A stretch of 64,000 bases of DNA from Somniosus microcephalus (GCA_052327205.1 JBMRGM010000039.1:42346001-42410000), one strand, 5' to 3'; numbered from the stretch's first letter, positions 1 through 13,279 are shown. The notes: generated by a model from the letters alone, not told the origin. Numbers and translations are program-made.

Positions 1-1365
1 AGAGGGTGGGGGAGGGGAGAGAGAGAGAGATGGTGGGGGAGGGGAGCGAGAAAGAGAGGGTGGGGAGGGGAGAGAGAGAGATAGAGGGTGGGGGAGGGGA
101 GAGTGGGTGGGGGAGGTGAGGGGAGAGAGGGTGGGGGAGGGGAGAGAGAGAGAGAGAGAGGGTGGGGGAGGGGAGAGAGAGAGTGGGTGGGGGAGGGGAG
201 AGAGGGTGGGGAGGCGAGAGAGATAGAGAGAGAGGGTGGGGGAGGGGAGAGAGAGAGAGAGGGTGGGGGAGGGGAGAGAGAGAGAGGGTGGGGGGAGGGG
301 AGACATAGAGGGTGGGGGGAGGGGAGAGAGAGAGGGTGGGGGGAGGGGAGAGAGAGAGGGTGGGGGGAGGGGAGAGAGAGAGGGTGGGGGGAGGGGAGAG
401 AGAGAGAGGGTGGGGAGGGGAGAGAGAGAGAGAGGGTGGGGGAGGGGAGAGAGAGAGAGGGTGGGGAGGGGAGAGAGAGAGAGCGGGTGGGGGGAGGGGA
501 GACATAGAGGGTGGGGGGAGGGGAGAGAGAGAGGGTGGGGGGAGGGGAGAGAGAGAGGTTGGGGGGAGGGGAGAGAGAGAGGGTGGAGGGCGGGGAGAGA
601 GAGGGTGGGGGGAGGGGAGAGAGAGAGGGTGGGGGGAGGGGGGAAAGAGAGAGGGTGGGGGGAGGGGAGAGAGAGAGGGTGGGGGAGCGGAGAGAGAGAG
701 GGTGGGGGGGAGAGAGAGAGGGTGGGGGGGAGGGGAGAGAGCGAGGGTGGGGGAGGGGGAGAGAGAGAGGGTGGGGAGAGGGAGGAGAGAGAGAGGTTGG
801 GGGAGGGGGAGAGAGAGAGAGGGTGGGTGGAGGGGAGAGAGAGAGGGTGGCGGGAGGGGTGAGAGAGAGGGTGGGGGAGGTGAGAGAGAGAGTGTGGGGG
901 GAGGGGAGAGAGAGTGGGTGGGGGGAGGGGAGTGAGAGGGTGGGGGAGGGGAGAGAGAGAGGGTGGGGGAGGGGAGAGAGAGAGGGTGGGGGGAGGGGAG
1001 CGAGACGGTGGGGGGAGGGGAGCGAGAGGGTGGGGGGAGGGGAGTGAGAGGGTGGGGGAGGGGAGCGAGAGGGTGGGGGGGAGGGGACCGAGAGAGGGTG
1101 GGGGGAGGGGAGCGAGAGAGGGTGGGGGGAGGGAGAGGGGGAGTGGAGGGAGGGGGAGGGGAGGGAGAGGGAGGGAGCGGGAGGGAGGGAGGGAGAGTAA
1201 AGCAGCGGGAGGGAGAGCGAGGGTCAGGGAGGGAGAGCGTGAGGAGAGAGGGAGGGAGAGTAAAGCAGGGAGAGACGGGGAGGGAGAGAGAGGGTGAGGG
1301 AGGGAAAGAATGAAGGGGTGGGACAGGGAGGGAAAGAGTGAGGGGGTGGGACAGGGAGGGAGAGC
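1..1365 (+). repeat. G/A-rich low-complexity minisatellite (unit about gagagagggtgggggagggg)
   Basis: Directly visible. The G/E/R-rich ORFs at 88-1313 are artefacts of this repeat. Confidence 0.95.
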
Positions 1366-1409
1366 TTACCTTCTTCCTTCCTTCACAGGGGTCCTTCGGG
1401 CCACCTTCC

Positions 1410-1747
1410 CCCATCACGCTCTCTCTTCCCCCCCAGTCGCGCTCTCACTTCCCCCCCAGTCGCTCTCTCTCTTTCCCCCCAGTCGCTCTCTCGCTTCCCC
1501 CCCCCAGTCGCTCTCTCTCTTCCCCCCAGTCGCTCTCTCTCTTCCCCCCCAGTCGCTCTCTCTCTTCCCCCCAGTCACTCTCTCTCTTCCCCCCAGTCGC
1601 TCTATCTCTTCTCCCCCAGTCGCTCTCTCTCTTCCCCCCAGTCGCTCTCTCTCTTCCCCCCAGTCGCTCTCTCTCTTCCCCCCAGTCGCTTTCTATCTTC
1701 CCCCCAGTCGCTCTCTCTCTTCCCCCCAGCCGCTCTCTCTCTCTCTT
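1410..1747 (+). repeat. Pyrimidine-rich minisatellite of about 20-22 bp (ctctctcttccccccagtcg)n
   Basis: About 15 visible copies. Purine polarity is opposite to the 1-1365 array. Confidence 0.95.
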
Positions 1748-1801
1748 CCAACAACAACTTGCCCTCGAAAAAGCCTCGGCAACGCCGGGCACTTCAGCAA
1801 G
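1748..1801 (+). mobile_element. Probable Helitron 3' terminus; the element probably extends left through the G-rich arrays
   Basis: GC hairpin gcc(t)cggc-aac-gccgggc at 1773-1790, then acttcagCAAG (one mismatch from CTAG), followed by T and a (TA)n tract at 1802-1819. Confidence 0.55.
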
Positions 1802-2429
1802 TATATATATATATATATAATAATGAACCATCATACTGGCTGGAAATTGGTAGGTGCGCTGGTTGATCCATTGAAGAGTCTAAAGGGATAATGGAGGATT
1901 ACTTGAATGGGACGCATAAGTATTTTGTGAGATTAGGCCTCAGCAAGAGGGATTGTGTGAAGATCAGCAACAGAGAAGTAGCGGGAGTTGGTGTTGCTGC
2001 TCGCATGAAATGATTGACTAAGCTTTCGATGTCCCTTTCGGGGAATGCCAGGTGAGGCACAGAGGGTCACTGTTGCCTTGTTCACGAATAATTCAATTCT
2101 AGAAATGCACGGGATTGGAAAACTAGTGGAGTAGTGATGTTTTTGGACAATGTCGGTTCAATAAATACAGAAGAGAGAAATAAAGAAAAGTATCAGTAAA
2201 AGGGGTATGGGGCTGGTGACATATTGATCCTTGAACTCTTGCAGTCATGTCTGGCTCATGCCAAATGTAAGTATATGGGTTGCTAACAAAATGATACAAT
2301 TGTGTGATCAAATTCAGTAATCGTGACATTAAGTAGAGCATTTGTCCGGTAAATCACATGGAACTGAATACAACCTTTTGACCTTGGTAGCGAAATGATT
2401 AGAACTTAGGAGAGAGAGAACAAGGATAC

Positions 2430-2715
2430 TGGACCGTAATCTAATTAGTAGGATATTACAAGTGGTTTCCCCAGATTCTGTAATATGGCCTCATGCTTTC
2501 ACTGCATTAATCTATGAGTTACAGGAATGAATAGAGTTCTGTATATCCATGTTCACTGACGACACTAAGTTAGGAGGCACTGTAAATTCTGTAGATAGCA
2601 GCAGAATATTGCGAAGGGACATTGCTAGATTAAGTGAGTCGGCAAATCTCTGGTCGATTCTGTTAAGTGTGAGGGGAGAGTGAGGTGGCCCACTTTCAAC
2701 CTAAGCAAGATATAT
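2430..2715 (+). mobile_element. Degraded CR1 LINE RT fragment
   Basis: ttcactgacgacactaagttaggagg reads FTDDTKLGG, the CR1 FADDTKLGG motif. Confidence 0.75.
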
Positions 2716-2764
2716 ATTCCACCTGGAGCAGTGCGCACTTTTTTAACACAGATCAGTGTAAGGA

Positions 2765-4370
2765 TATAGAAAAATAGGAACCGAACTAGGCCATTGAGAC
2801 CCTCGAGCCAGTTTCGTCATTCAATTCGATCATTGCTGACTTGTTTCAAACCTCATCCAACTGCCTTGGTTTATAACACTTATTAAACTTGCTTTAAAAA
2901 ATCTATCAATCTTAGTTCTGAAATTTTCAATTGATTATTCCAAACCGTCTTGTGGGTGAGAGTTATAATCCCTCTAAACCTCAGTCCAATTACTTTTAAT
3001 TTTTGCCACTGGTTATTGACTCTTGGGCGAAGGGAATTAGGTCCTTCCTATCCACTCGATCTTGAGCCCTCATTATTTTATTGACCAGAATTTGGTCTCC
3101 GCTCAGCCTCCTCTGTTCCAAAGAAAACAACCCCAGCCTATCCACTCTTTCCTTATAGCTAAGATTACCCAGCCCAGGCAACATCCTCGTAATTCTCATC
3201 CACACCACCTCTAGAGCAAACACACCCTTCCTGTAATGGGATGACCAGAACAGTACGCAGTATTCTAGCTGCGGCCTAACAAGTGTTTTATTCATTCCAG
3301 CAAAACAACTCTGCTTATATATTCTATGCCTTGGCTAATAACGGAAACTATCCTATATGCCTTCTTAACCACCATATAATAATAATAATCCACTTTATTG
3401 TCATTGTTAGTGCACAAGTGCAGTACAACGAAATGTAGGCTTGCGGCTCCCGAGAGTGTACATTTAGATTAAGACATTTAAACATTCAACATTCATTTGG
3501 ATTGTAATACATTAACATAAACATAATAAAGTGCATTGGCAGATGTGCAGGCTTTAGAGTTTATTTGTGGAGTTCAGTAGGATGACAGCCCTGGGAAAGA
3601 AGCTGTTCCTAAATCTGGTCGTTCGGGTGCAAATGCATCTGTAGCGTCTCCCAGATGGCAGGAGGGTGAACAGGCTTTGGCTGGGGTGGGTAAGGTCTTT
3701 GATGATGGTCCGTGACCTCCGTAAACAGCGTTTCTGGTATATGTGCTCTATGGTCGGTAGCCGGGTGCCGTTAATGCGTTGGGCAGTTTTGACTACCCGC
3801 TGCAGGGCTTTCCGGTCATAGTAGCTACAGCTGCCATACCATACTGTGATACAGTTCGTAAGGATGCTCTCTATTGTGCAGCGGTAAATGTTAGAGAGGA
3901 TCAGGGGTGACAGGTTCCATCCCTTCAACCTCCTTAGGAAACATACGCGCTGCTGGGCCTTCTTCACCAGAGAGGAGGTATTGAGGGACCAGGACAGGTC
4001 TTCCGTGATGTGGACTCCGAGGAACTTAAAGCTGTCCACCCTTTCCACCACAGCCCCATGGATATGGATGGGGGTGTGACTTCCGCCTTTAGACTTCCTG
4101 AAGTCCACAATGATTTCTTTGGTTTTTAGGGATTTTTGGGGATTTTAGGAATTTAGGGATTTGTGGACATGCATTCCAAGTTCCCTCTGATCTTCTGCAC
4201 CTCTCAGTGTCTGACCACTTATATTCTATTCCCTTGCCTTGTTATTCCTCCCAAAATGCATCACCTCACACTTCTCCAGGTTGAATTCCATTTGTCACTC
4301 TTCTGCCCACCTGACCAGTCCATTTATATTTCCTGCAGTCTGCAGCTTTCCTCTTCATTATGAACCACAC
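2765..4370 (-). mobile_element. CR1 LINE 3' fragment, split by a Rex1 insertion
   Basis: ORF 2996-3295 (LVRPQLEYCV...RLGLFSLEQRRL). 3' UTR at 2765-2950. CR1 resumes at about 4152 (gggatttgtggacatgcattcc). Confidence 0.85.
3376..4130 (-). mobile_element. 5'-truncated Rex1/Babar LINE
   Basis: ORF 3554-4108 (VDFRK...VERVDSFKFLGVHITEDLSWS...KKAQQR...LLPSGRRYR...SFFPRAV). (TTA)n tail at 3376-3388. Confidence 0.9.
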
Positions 4371-4869
4371 GTGTAATTTTTGAATCAACCACATGGTCTT
4401 TTGTATTGTAAGTTTCATCGCAATTTTGTGAACTCTGTTTTTAATTATGTTCCTACCTGTCCACTAGATTTTCGTCATTTCTGTACTTTGAACCTTAAAT
4501 CTCTCCGATCATCTACTTTTCCCAGCTTTTCACAAATTAAAAAATCAAGAATCTTGTTTTCACGTCCAAATTGGAAGACCTCCCACCTTCTCACGTTAAA
4601 TTCCCTCTGCTACAGTTTACCCCCTCACCCAATCTATCAATATCCATTTCGAACTTACTGCTCACGTGTGTATACTTTCCTCTGCCACGTAACGTATTTT
4701 CGCCAGCAAACTTAGATATATGGCTCCCTATTCCTCCATCAAAGTCAGTTATAAATATAGCGAAAAGCTGAGGTCCAATTTCAGATCCCTGGGGATAACA
4801 TTAGGCACATCCTGCCAATGTGAGTACAGACCCATTATCCCTAACATCTGTCTCCTAAAAAATTACCAT

Positions 4870-7800
4870 TTCATAGAATCATTGCATCATAGAAAGTTAC
4901 AGCATGGAAGGAGGCCATTTCTGCCCATCGTGCCCATGTTGGCCAACAAAGAGTTATCCAGCCTAATGCTAGTTCCCAGGTCTTGGTCCGTGCCCTGCAG
5001 GTTAGAGCATCCCAATTGCACATCCAAGTACTTTTTTAATGTGGTTATAGTTTCTGCCTCTGCCACCCTTCCAGGCAGTGAGTTGCAGACGCCCACAAAC
5101 CTCTGGGTGAAGAAATCTCCCCTGAAATCTCCTCTAAATTTTCCCCCAATTACTTTAAATTTGTGCCACCAAGTATTTGTCTCATCTGCTAATGGAAATA
5201 TGTGCTTTCTATCTACTTTATCTATTTTATACACCTCAATATGGTCTCCCCTCAGACTCCTCTGTTCCAATGAAAACACACCCAGCCTATCCAGTCTTTC
5301 CTCATAGCTAAGATTCTCTACTCCCGGCAACATCCTTGTAAATGTCATTTGTACCTTCTCTAGTGCAATCACATCTTTCCAGTAATTTAGTGAACAGAAC
5401 TGCACGCAGTAATCTAGCTGAGGCCTAACTTGTGTTTTATACAGTTGAAGCATAACCCCGTGTTTTTGTAAACTATGCCACGGATAATATAGGTAAGCAT
5501 TTTGTAAGCCTTCTTAACCACCCTTTCTAATTAGCCTGCAGTCGAAGGTCCCTTTGTTCATCTACACTATTCAGTGTCCTATCATTTAATGTGTATTCCC
5601 CTTCGGTGTTATCCCTCCCAAAATGCATTACCTCACACTTTTCCGGATTGAATTCCATTTGCCACTGTTCTGCCCACCTGACAAATTTATTGATAAATTC
5701 CTGCAGTCTACAGCTTCCTTCTTCAGTATCAACCAAAAAAACCGATTTTAGTATCATCTGCAAACATTTTAATCAGACCCCCTATATTCAAGTCAAGATC
5801 ATTGATATACACCACAAAAAACAAGGGACCTATTACTGAGCCCAGTAGAACCGCACTGGAAACAACCTTCCATTCACAAAAACACCCAGCAACCATTAAA
5901 ATCTGCTCACTGTCTCCGAGCCAGTTTTGAATCCAACTGGACAATTTGCCTTGGATCCCATGGGCTATTTAATTCGTGACCAGTCTGCCATGGGGATGTT
6001 TATCAAAAGCGTTGCTACAGTCCATATAAACTAAAGCAGCGCATCTATCTTCTTGTTACCTACACAAAACATTCAATCAAATTCGTCAGACATGACAATC
6101 CCTTAAGAAGTCCATGCTGATTATTCTTGATTAATCCGTGTCTTTCTACGTGAAGATATATCCTGTCTATCAGAATTCTTTCCAATAATTTTCCCACCAC
6201 GCAGGTTAGCCTGACTGGTCTGTAATACTCTATCTATCCTTTTCACCCTTTTTAAACAAAGACACCACATTAGCAGTCCTCCGGTCCTCTGGCACTACAC
6301 CTGAAGTGAGAAAGGATTGAAAAATGTTCTTCAGGGCCTCTGCTATTTCCTATTTGGCTTCGCTTAACAGCCTGGGATACATTTCATCTGGGCCTGTGAA
6401 TTTAACCACTGTTAAAGCTGCTAAGCCTCTTAATACTTCCTCTCTCACTATGTTTATTTCATCTAATATTTCCCACTCCTCCCCCCTCATAGCAATGTCT
6501 ACTTCGCCCCTCACCTGTTTGAAAACAGATGCAATGTATTCATTAAAACCCTACCGACATCTCCCACCTCCACACACAGATTAACCGTATGATCTGTAAA
6601 ATGCCCTATCCTTTCTTTGGTTATCCTCTTACACTTAATATATTTATAATTCATCTTTGGGTTTTCCTTGACTTTAATTGCCAATAATTTTTCATGCTCT
6701 CACTTTGCTTTCCTAATATAATTCTTCATTGCACCCCTGCACTTTCTGTACTCCTCCAAAGATTCTGGAGTATTTAGCCATTGGTATCTGTCATACACCT
6801 CCCTTTTTTATTATCCTATCCCGTATGTCTCTAGACATCCAGGGTACTCTAGATTTGTTAGTCCCACCATTTTCCTTTAAGTGCACATATTTGTTCTGGT
6901 CCCTCAGTATCTCCTCCTTGAATGCCTCCCACTGCTCTGACAGTGATTTCCCTTCCAGTAGCTGTTTCCAGTCCACTATGGCTAAATCCCCTCTGAGTTT
7001 AGCAAAATTTGCTTTTCCAAAATTTAGAATTTGTGTTCCTGGTCTATACTTGTCCTTTTTCATAACTATCTTAAATCTATCAGAGTTATGGCCACTAGCA
7101 CTTCGGCTTGGTACATACTGGCTAAAAAATTCTCCTGGATGCATTTTAGGAATTTCACACCCTCTATAACCTGCACACTAATTTATCCCAGTTAATATTG
7201 AAGTAGTTCAAATCCCCTACTATTACTGCCCTATAGTTCTTGCACTTCGCAGGAATCTGCCTATGTATTTGTTCTTCTACATCCCTCTCACTGCTTGGAG
7301 GTCTGTAGTATATTCCCTGCAGTGTGATCGCCCCTTTTTTGTTTCTCAATTCGACCCATATGGCCTCGTTTGATGCTCCATCCAACATATCGTCCCGCCT
7401 CACGGCTGTAATAGTTTCTTTAATTAATATCGCGGTTCCCCCCTTCCTGTTTACCCCCCTCCCTATCCCGTCCTGAAATCCAGTAACCAGGAATTTTAAG
7501 CTGCCATACCTTCCCCACTTTCAGCCACGTCTCTGTAATAGCTATAATATAATAGGCCCATGTACCTACCTGTGCCCTCAGTTCAGTTGCCTTCTTTGCT
7601 ATACTCCTTGCATTGCAGTATATACCATTTAGTACAGGCTAACCTCCTTGTTGACTAAAATCGAGTCCTTTATTCCTCTGGCCTTCCCATTTGCTTTCGG
7701 CGTTTTTGTTTTCCAATACCAGTTTTTCTTCCCTCCCTAATGATTCTGTACTTAGATTCCCATCCCCCTGCCAAGCTACTTTAAGCCCTCACCAACAGCA

Positions 7801-8280
7801 CCAGCAAACCCTGCCGCGAGGATATTGGAACCGTTCCCATTGAGGTTCAACCCGTCTGGCTTGTGGATGTCCGACCTCCACCAGAAACGGTTCCAATTCC
7901 TCGGGAATTTAAAGTGCTCCCACCTCCAGCCACGCATTCATCTGCTCTATCTTCCTATTTCTGAACTCACTAGCACGTGGCAATGGTAGAAATCCGGACA
8001 TTACTACATTGGAGGTCCTTCTTTTTAAACTCTTTCCCAGCTCCCTAAACTCTGCCTGCAGATCTCATCCCTCATCCGACCTATGACGTTGGTATTGATA
8101 AGGACCACAATCTATGGCTGTTCATCCTCCCCCCACAGAATGACCTGCAGCCCGACAGTGACATCGTTTACCCTGGAAACGCCTATCTGCTCCCATAATT
8201 ATTGATCCCCTATTACTATTGTTCTCCTTCTCCTCCTCCCGCCTGTGCAGCTGAGCATTCCACGGTGTTGTGGACTTTCC
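4870..8280 (-). mobile_element. Long degraded CR1 LINE (ORF1 esterase, APE, RT, 3' UTR)
   Basis: APE at 7164-7403 (AIWVELRNKKG...GIYYRPP...VGDLN). RT MFADDTKIG at 5729-5944. C-terminus at 4887-5453. Tail catagaatc at about 4872. Confidence 0.9.
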
Positions 8281-8289
8281 TATCCAAGT

Positions 8290-8790
8290 CAATAAATTTC
8301 CTTCTATCGCATGCGCAGCTAGTCGAATTCCAGCTGAAGGTACTTATAAATAAAATCCATAGACAGTTTTTTATCTACCACGCTAAGTACCACCTGAACA
8401 AGATCAACGAGTTTCGATAGACATGCTGGAATTTTTGAATCAGTTAATATCTGCCCAATTGCTCAGTCACTCTGTCCCGAATAATAGATCATAGTTCATT
8501 CCCCACGACTGACGGCAGACTAACGGGCCTATAATTTCCGAGTTGATCTCTCCTTCTCTCTTAATGAATGCATTGCCTCTGGCAGTTTTCCAATCCAATG
8601 GGACAATTCCTCAATAGAGAGATTTTTGGAAGGTCATAGCTAACGCATCAGCAATGTCCTTTCCTACTTATTTTAACTCCCTCGGGTGGAATCCCTTGAG
8701 TTTTGGCCAGTTGTCTATGTTTGATCTCATTAGCTTCTCCCTCGCCATTTATTCTACTTAAATTGAATCTAGTTGTTTCCCTCCTTGATT
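8290..8790 (-). mobile_element. Old CR1 ORF2 fragment
   Basis: Minus strand gives NY(R)P(V)SL-like, QHV and DVVYLD-like remnants (gggcctataatt, catgctgg, aaaatccatagac on plus). Confidence 0.6.
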
Positions 8791-9164
8791 TAATGTAGTT
8801 TTCCTTGTATCTCTGACCAGAGCGACAGCAAACAGGGACATCTCTCATATTACTTGAGTAATGACAGCTGCTGTGCTGCAGACCTGTATTAACGTTATCA
8901 AAATCACATCACTAATGGTTGCAGCAATCATTTATATTTAAATAAATGCAAACTCAAGTATTTAGTAGCTTGAGCATTAGATGCTCAATTTCATTACTTT
9001 AGGACACTGACCTTGAGCAGAGATCCACCGAGACACAAAAAAAACGAAGAAGAGAAAATATGAATTAGTTATTTGAATACCAACACATTTAGAGGAAGAA
9101 TATACAGACTGACTTCCGTGCAGTGATTTAGTGACATTTCTCAGTGTGAGTGAATTGGTGACAT

Positions 9165-9225
9165 TCTAGCCCGTTATGTTCAACTCCCGCTCCAGATCTT
9201 GACCACATAATGTAGGCAGACACTA
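9165..9225 (+). mobile_element. tRNA-derived SINE head fragment (SacSINE1-like)
   Basis: gttcaactcccgctccagatcttgaccacataatgtaggcagacact resembles the copy at 28.9 kb. Confidence 0.4.
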
Positions 9226-10714
9226 AATATAGAGAGTTCCAGATTTACACTACAATTTGTGTGAGAAATTAATTCTTGTTTTCGCTCCAAATTACCTGGA
9301 ACCAGTTTTAATATCCTGCCCCCTTGTTAGGGATTCACTCACCATCGCTGAATACATTCTATCGAGATGTTCATTTGCATAATGGGGGTGTAATCAACTT
9401 GGATACGGAAGAAACATTTAATAACAAAAATTAAATAATGTGAAAATATTTCAGGCAGATTATAACAATGAGAACAAATATTAAGCACGGAACTCTATTG
9501 TTTCAGCTCAGAAAATTTTCACCTCTGTCAAATAGGAAGTTTATCCCTCACAGTAAAACCATTGCTTGAGAACATAGAATGAGTTTAAATATACTGAATG
9601 TAACTATATTGTGACAAATTTCTTATACACATAAACTGAATAATGAATCAATTATTTGTAATCTACCTCTATTAGAGGTGCGGTAACAGATTACTCTCAT
9701 GCATTTAGTTGTTATTAAATATGAAATCAGTCACTTAAATTATATAGAGACATTTAATATTCCACATAATGTCTCCTAAAAATAAGGGTTGTAATTTGAA
9801 ACACCGTGCAAAGCAAATGGGAGAAATAGGTGGCTTTAAACTGCGTGATGTTAGTTTTGCGGTGTGGGGGAGGGGGGAGGAAACAACATAATCAGACTGA
9901 CCCATCACAATTTCAACTGTTTGGGGTCCGGAATGAAGTTGGTGATCAGTTTTTTTACTGGTCATAATATCAAGGGATGAGGACATGGTTTTCATGGGGA
10001 AACTGAACATGAAAATTGTGCTGACCGAGGAGAACAACTGGCAACGACACAGGATCAGGACTATAAGGTTGGAGAGCCTCAAGGAATGGTTGGGTTGATG
10101 ACCACGGGAAGTGTGGGAGGCAACAGAGGCATCTGAATGGATGTTATTAATCTTTGTGACTTCGGCCAATGGAGAAATTTAGAGAAGCTGGGTTCGTGCT
10201 CTTTTGAGCAGAGAAGATTAATCAGTGATTTAATAGAGACCTTCAGAAAATATGAAGGGATTTGGTAGAGTGGATGTGGAGAAATTGCTTCCAGTGGAAG
10301 GAGGATCAGTAACCAGGGGGCAGAGATTGAAGATTATTGGCAATATAACCAGGAGAAAGATGAATGAATAAATGCAGAGCACGAGGGAGAGCTGCAGCAC
10401 TGTGTTTATTGAAGGACATTATCCTCCACAAAAAGTGCAGGTATATATTTCAGTGATGTGGTGAAATCTAGCATATTGAAGGAGCAAATGAATTGTAATA
10501 ATTAGAACCGAATTGTGTTTCAATTCATTTTAAGTCGAACCATTTACAGTCTCCTTAATCACTTTCAGAAATCCCACGAATTGGGTGCCCTCAGCATAGA
10601 AAGAGAAGGAAAATTGAACATCAATAATTAAAGAATTTGAATATGTTTCAAGCATCTCTACATCTCTTTCCTTCTTTATTCTGACCTGAATACCACGCTC
10701 TTCGACAAAGCTTT

Positions 10715-13025
10715 TCGGAGCAGCAGCGAGAGTGGACCGACATGTGAGGGAACAGGAGAAGAAGGAGCGAGGACATAAAGCTCGATGCTCGAGGCCCAGA
10801 CTGAATGGGAGCAGCAAGAAGAGCGGGCTTAAAAAGGCAACATTCGAAAGTGACGTCAGAGATTAAAAGCAACGTCATCGCAAGGGAAGCAGCTAATTGG
10901 GAACTAGGAGCTGGTGAGTATTTCTGCAGTCCAGTCGTTAAAGTAACAGTAAGCTCTCTAGTTTAGAATAAGTATTGTTTAAAGTGAATTAAGGTCCCGA
11001 GTGTATTTAATATTCTTTTATTTAACGGAAGTAAAGGGAATAAATGAAGGGAAGGGCATGGCAGGGCAGCTTGGCAGCGTGGAGTGCTCCTCCTGTTCTA
11101 TGTGGGAAATCAGGGACCATTTCTGTGTCCATGGCGAACACATGTGCAAGAAGTGACTCCAGCTGCAGCTACTCGATATCCGCGTTTCGGAGCTGGAGGA
11201 GCGGCTGGAGTCACTGTGGAGCATCAGTGAAGCTGAGATCTTCCTGGATAGCACGTTTAACGAGGTGGTCACACCGCAGATAAAGAGTGCGCAGGCAGAA
11301 ATGGAATGGGTGACTGCCAGACAGAGCTAAAGACCTGGGAATGTATTGCAGGAGCCACTGGGCTCATTGCACTCTCCAACAGATTTTCCATTTTGGATAC
11401 TGCTGGGGGAGATGGTTTCTCAGGGGAATGCAGCAAGGCCCAAGTCTGTGGCACTACGAGTGGTTCAGCTGCACAGGAGGGGAGGAAAAAGAGTGGGAGA
11501 GGAATAGTGATAGGGGATTCTATCATAAGGGGAACAGATAGACGTTTCTGTGTCTGCAGACGTGACTCCAGGATGGTATGTTGCCTCCCTGGTACCAGGG
11601 TCAAGAATGTCACTGAGCGGCTGTAGGACATGCTGAAGGGGGAGGGTCAACAACCAGAGGTCGTGGTCCATAGCGGTGCCATAGACATAGGTAGGAAGAG
11701 GGACGAGGTCCTGCAAGCCGAATATAGGGAGCTAGGAAATAAATTAAAAAGCAGGTCGTCAAATGTAGTAATCTCAGGATTACTGCCAGTGCCACGTGCT
11801 GGCGAAAGCAGGAGTAGAAGAACAGTCCAGATGAATGCGTGGCTGGAGAGATGGTGTAGGAGGGAGGGATTTTATTTCCTGAGGCATTGGGACTGATTCT
11901 GCGGAAGGTGGGACCTGTGCAAGCTGGACGGGTTACACCTCGGCAGAAAAGGGACCAACATCCTCGCAGGGGGGTTTGCACGTGCTTTTGGGAAGGATTT
12001 AAACTGCTTCGTCAGGGAGCAGGGATCCTATGTGTGGGCCCAGAACAGAGAGAAACAAAGCTGGAAGTGTTAGATAGAAGAGTAAGTCAGTAAAACCAGT
12101 AGGGTGCAGAAACAAAGGGCAACAGTAAAGAGGGTCAAAATGCAGAAAAATATTAAACAGGCAGAGCTGGAGGCACTTTATCTAAATGCACGTCACATTC
12201 GCAACAAGGTGGATGAATTAATGACACAAATAGATGTAAATGGCAATGATATAATTGCCATTGCAGAGACATGGTTGTAGGGTAACCAAAGCTGTCAGCT
12301 GAATGTTTCAGGGTACTCAACATATAGGAAGGGCAGACAAAAAGCAAAAGGTGGTGGCGCAGCGCTGTTAATAAAGGATGAGATCGGTGCGGTAGAGATA
12401 AATGATCTTGGCTTGGCATATCGTGATGTAGAACTGGAATAATGTTTCGTGGAGCTGGAAAACAGCAAAGGGCGTTTAACAGTAGTGGGAGTTGTGTACA
12501 GGCCACCAAACAGAAATGTAGATGTAGGGCACAGCGTGAATCAAGAGATTAGAAGTGCATGTAACAAGCACAATACGGTAATCAAGGGGGACTTTAATCT
12601 ACATACTGACAGGGCAAATCAAATTACCACTAATTGTGTGGAGGAAGAATTTTTGGAATGCATGCGAGATGCTGACTAGACATACTAGATGCAGAAAGTT
12701 TGTTCCTGATGGTGGGGTAATCTAGAACAAGTGGTCATAGTCTAAGGATCAGGGGTAATCCATTTAGGACTGAGATGAGGAAGAATTTCTTCACCCAGAG
12801 AGTGGTGAACCTGTGGAATTCTCTCCCACACAAGGCAGTTGAGGCCAATTCATTAAATATATTCAAGAAGGAGTTAGATATATTTCTTAAGTCTAAAGGA
12901 ATCAAGGGATGTGGGGACAAAGCAGGGACAGGGTACTGAATTTGGATGATCCGCCATGATCTCATTAAATGGCGGACTAGGCTCGAGGGGCCGAATGACC
13001 TACTTCTGCTATCTTCCATTTTTGT
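10715..13025 (+). mobile_element. CR1 LINE with 5' UTR, ORF1 and APE, then an internal deletion joining to the 3' end
   Basis: Zn finger (VECSSCSMWE...C.KC) at about 11080-11160. SGNH esterase IVIGDSIIRG...CCLPG at 11500-12000. APE 12170-12670 jumps at about 12676 to the RT C-terminus and 3' UTR. Confidence 0.9.
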
Positions 13026-13168
13026 CTCAATTCTTACTAAAAATACTCTCGCTCAATGGGGTCTCAAGTCCTTTGCCAAGTTACCTTTCTTGTTAATACA
13101 TTTGAAAGTTCCTCCATTGGAATTCTTCCTATCTCTCTTTATCCCTATCCTGCCTGGCACAGCAAGTA

Positions 13169-13279
13169 CAAGGCCTGATCTCGTACACTCCCCATGAAGG
13201 GGCCCACCTCAGCGTTGTCTTGCTCAGGCCTGATCTCGTACCCTCTCCATGAAGCGGCCCACCTCAGCGGTGCCTTGCT
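13169..13279. repeat. Tandem duplication of about 55 bp
   Basis: aggcctgatctcgtac...catgaag.ggcccacctcagcg occurs twice. Confidence 0.85.

Noticed and set aside
88-1891. G/E/R-rich and S/L/P-rich ORFs
   Set aside because: These are translations of simple repeats, open in all frames.
4126-4160. Interstitial telomeric repeat
   Set aside because: The unit is about 9-10 bp and copies the adjacent CR1 target; it is not (TTAGGG)n.
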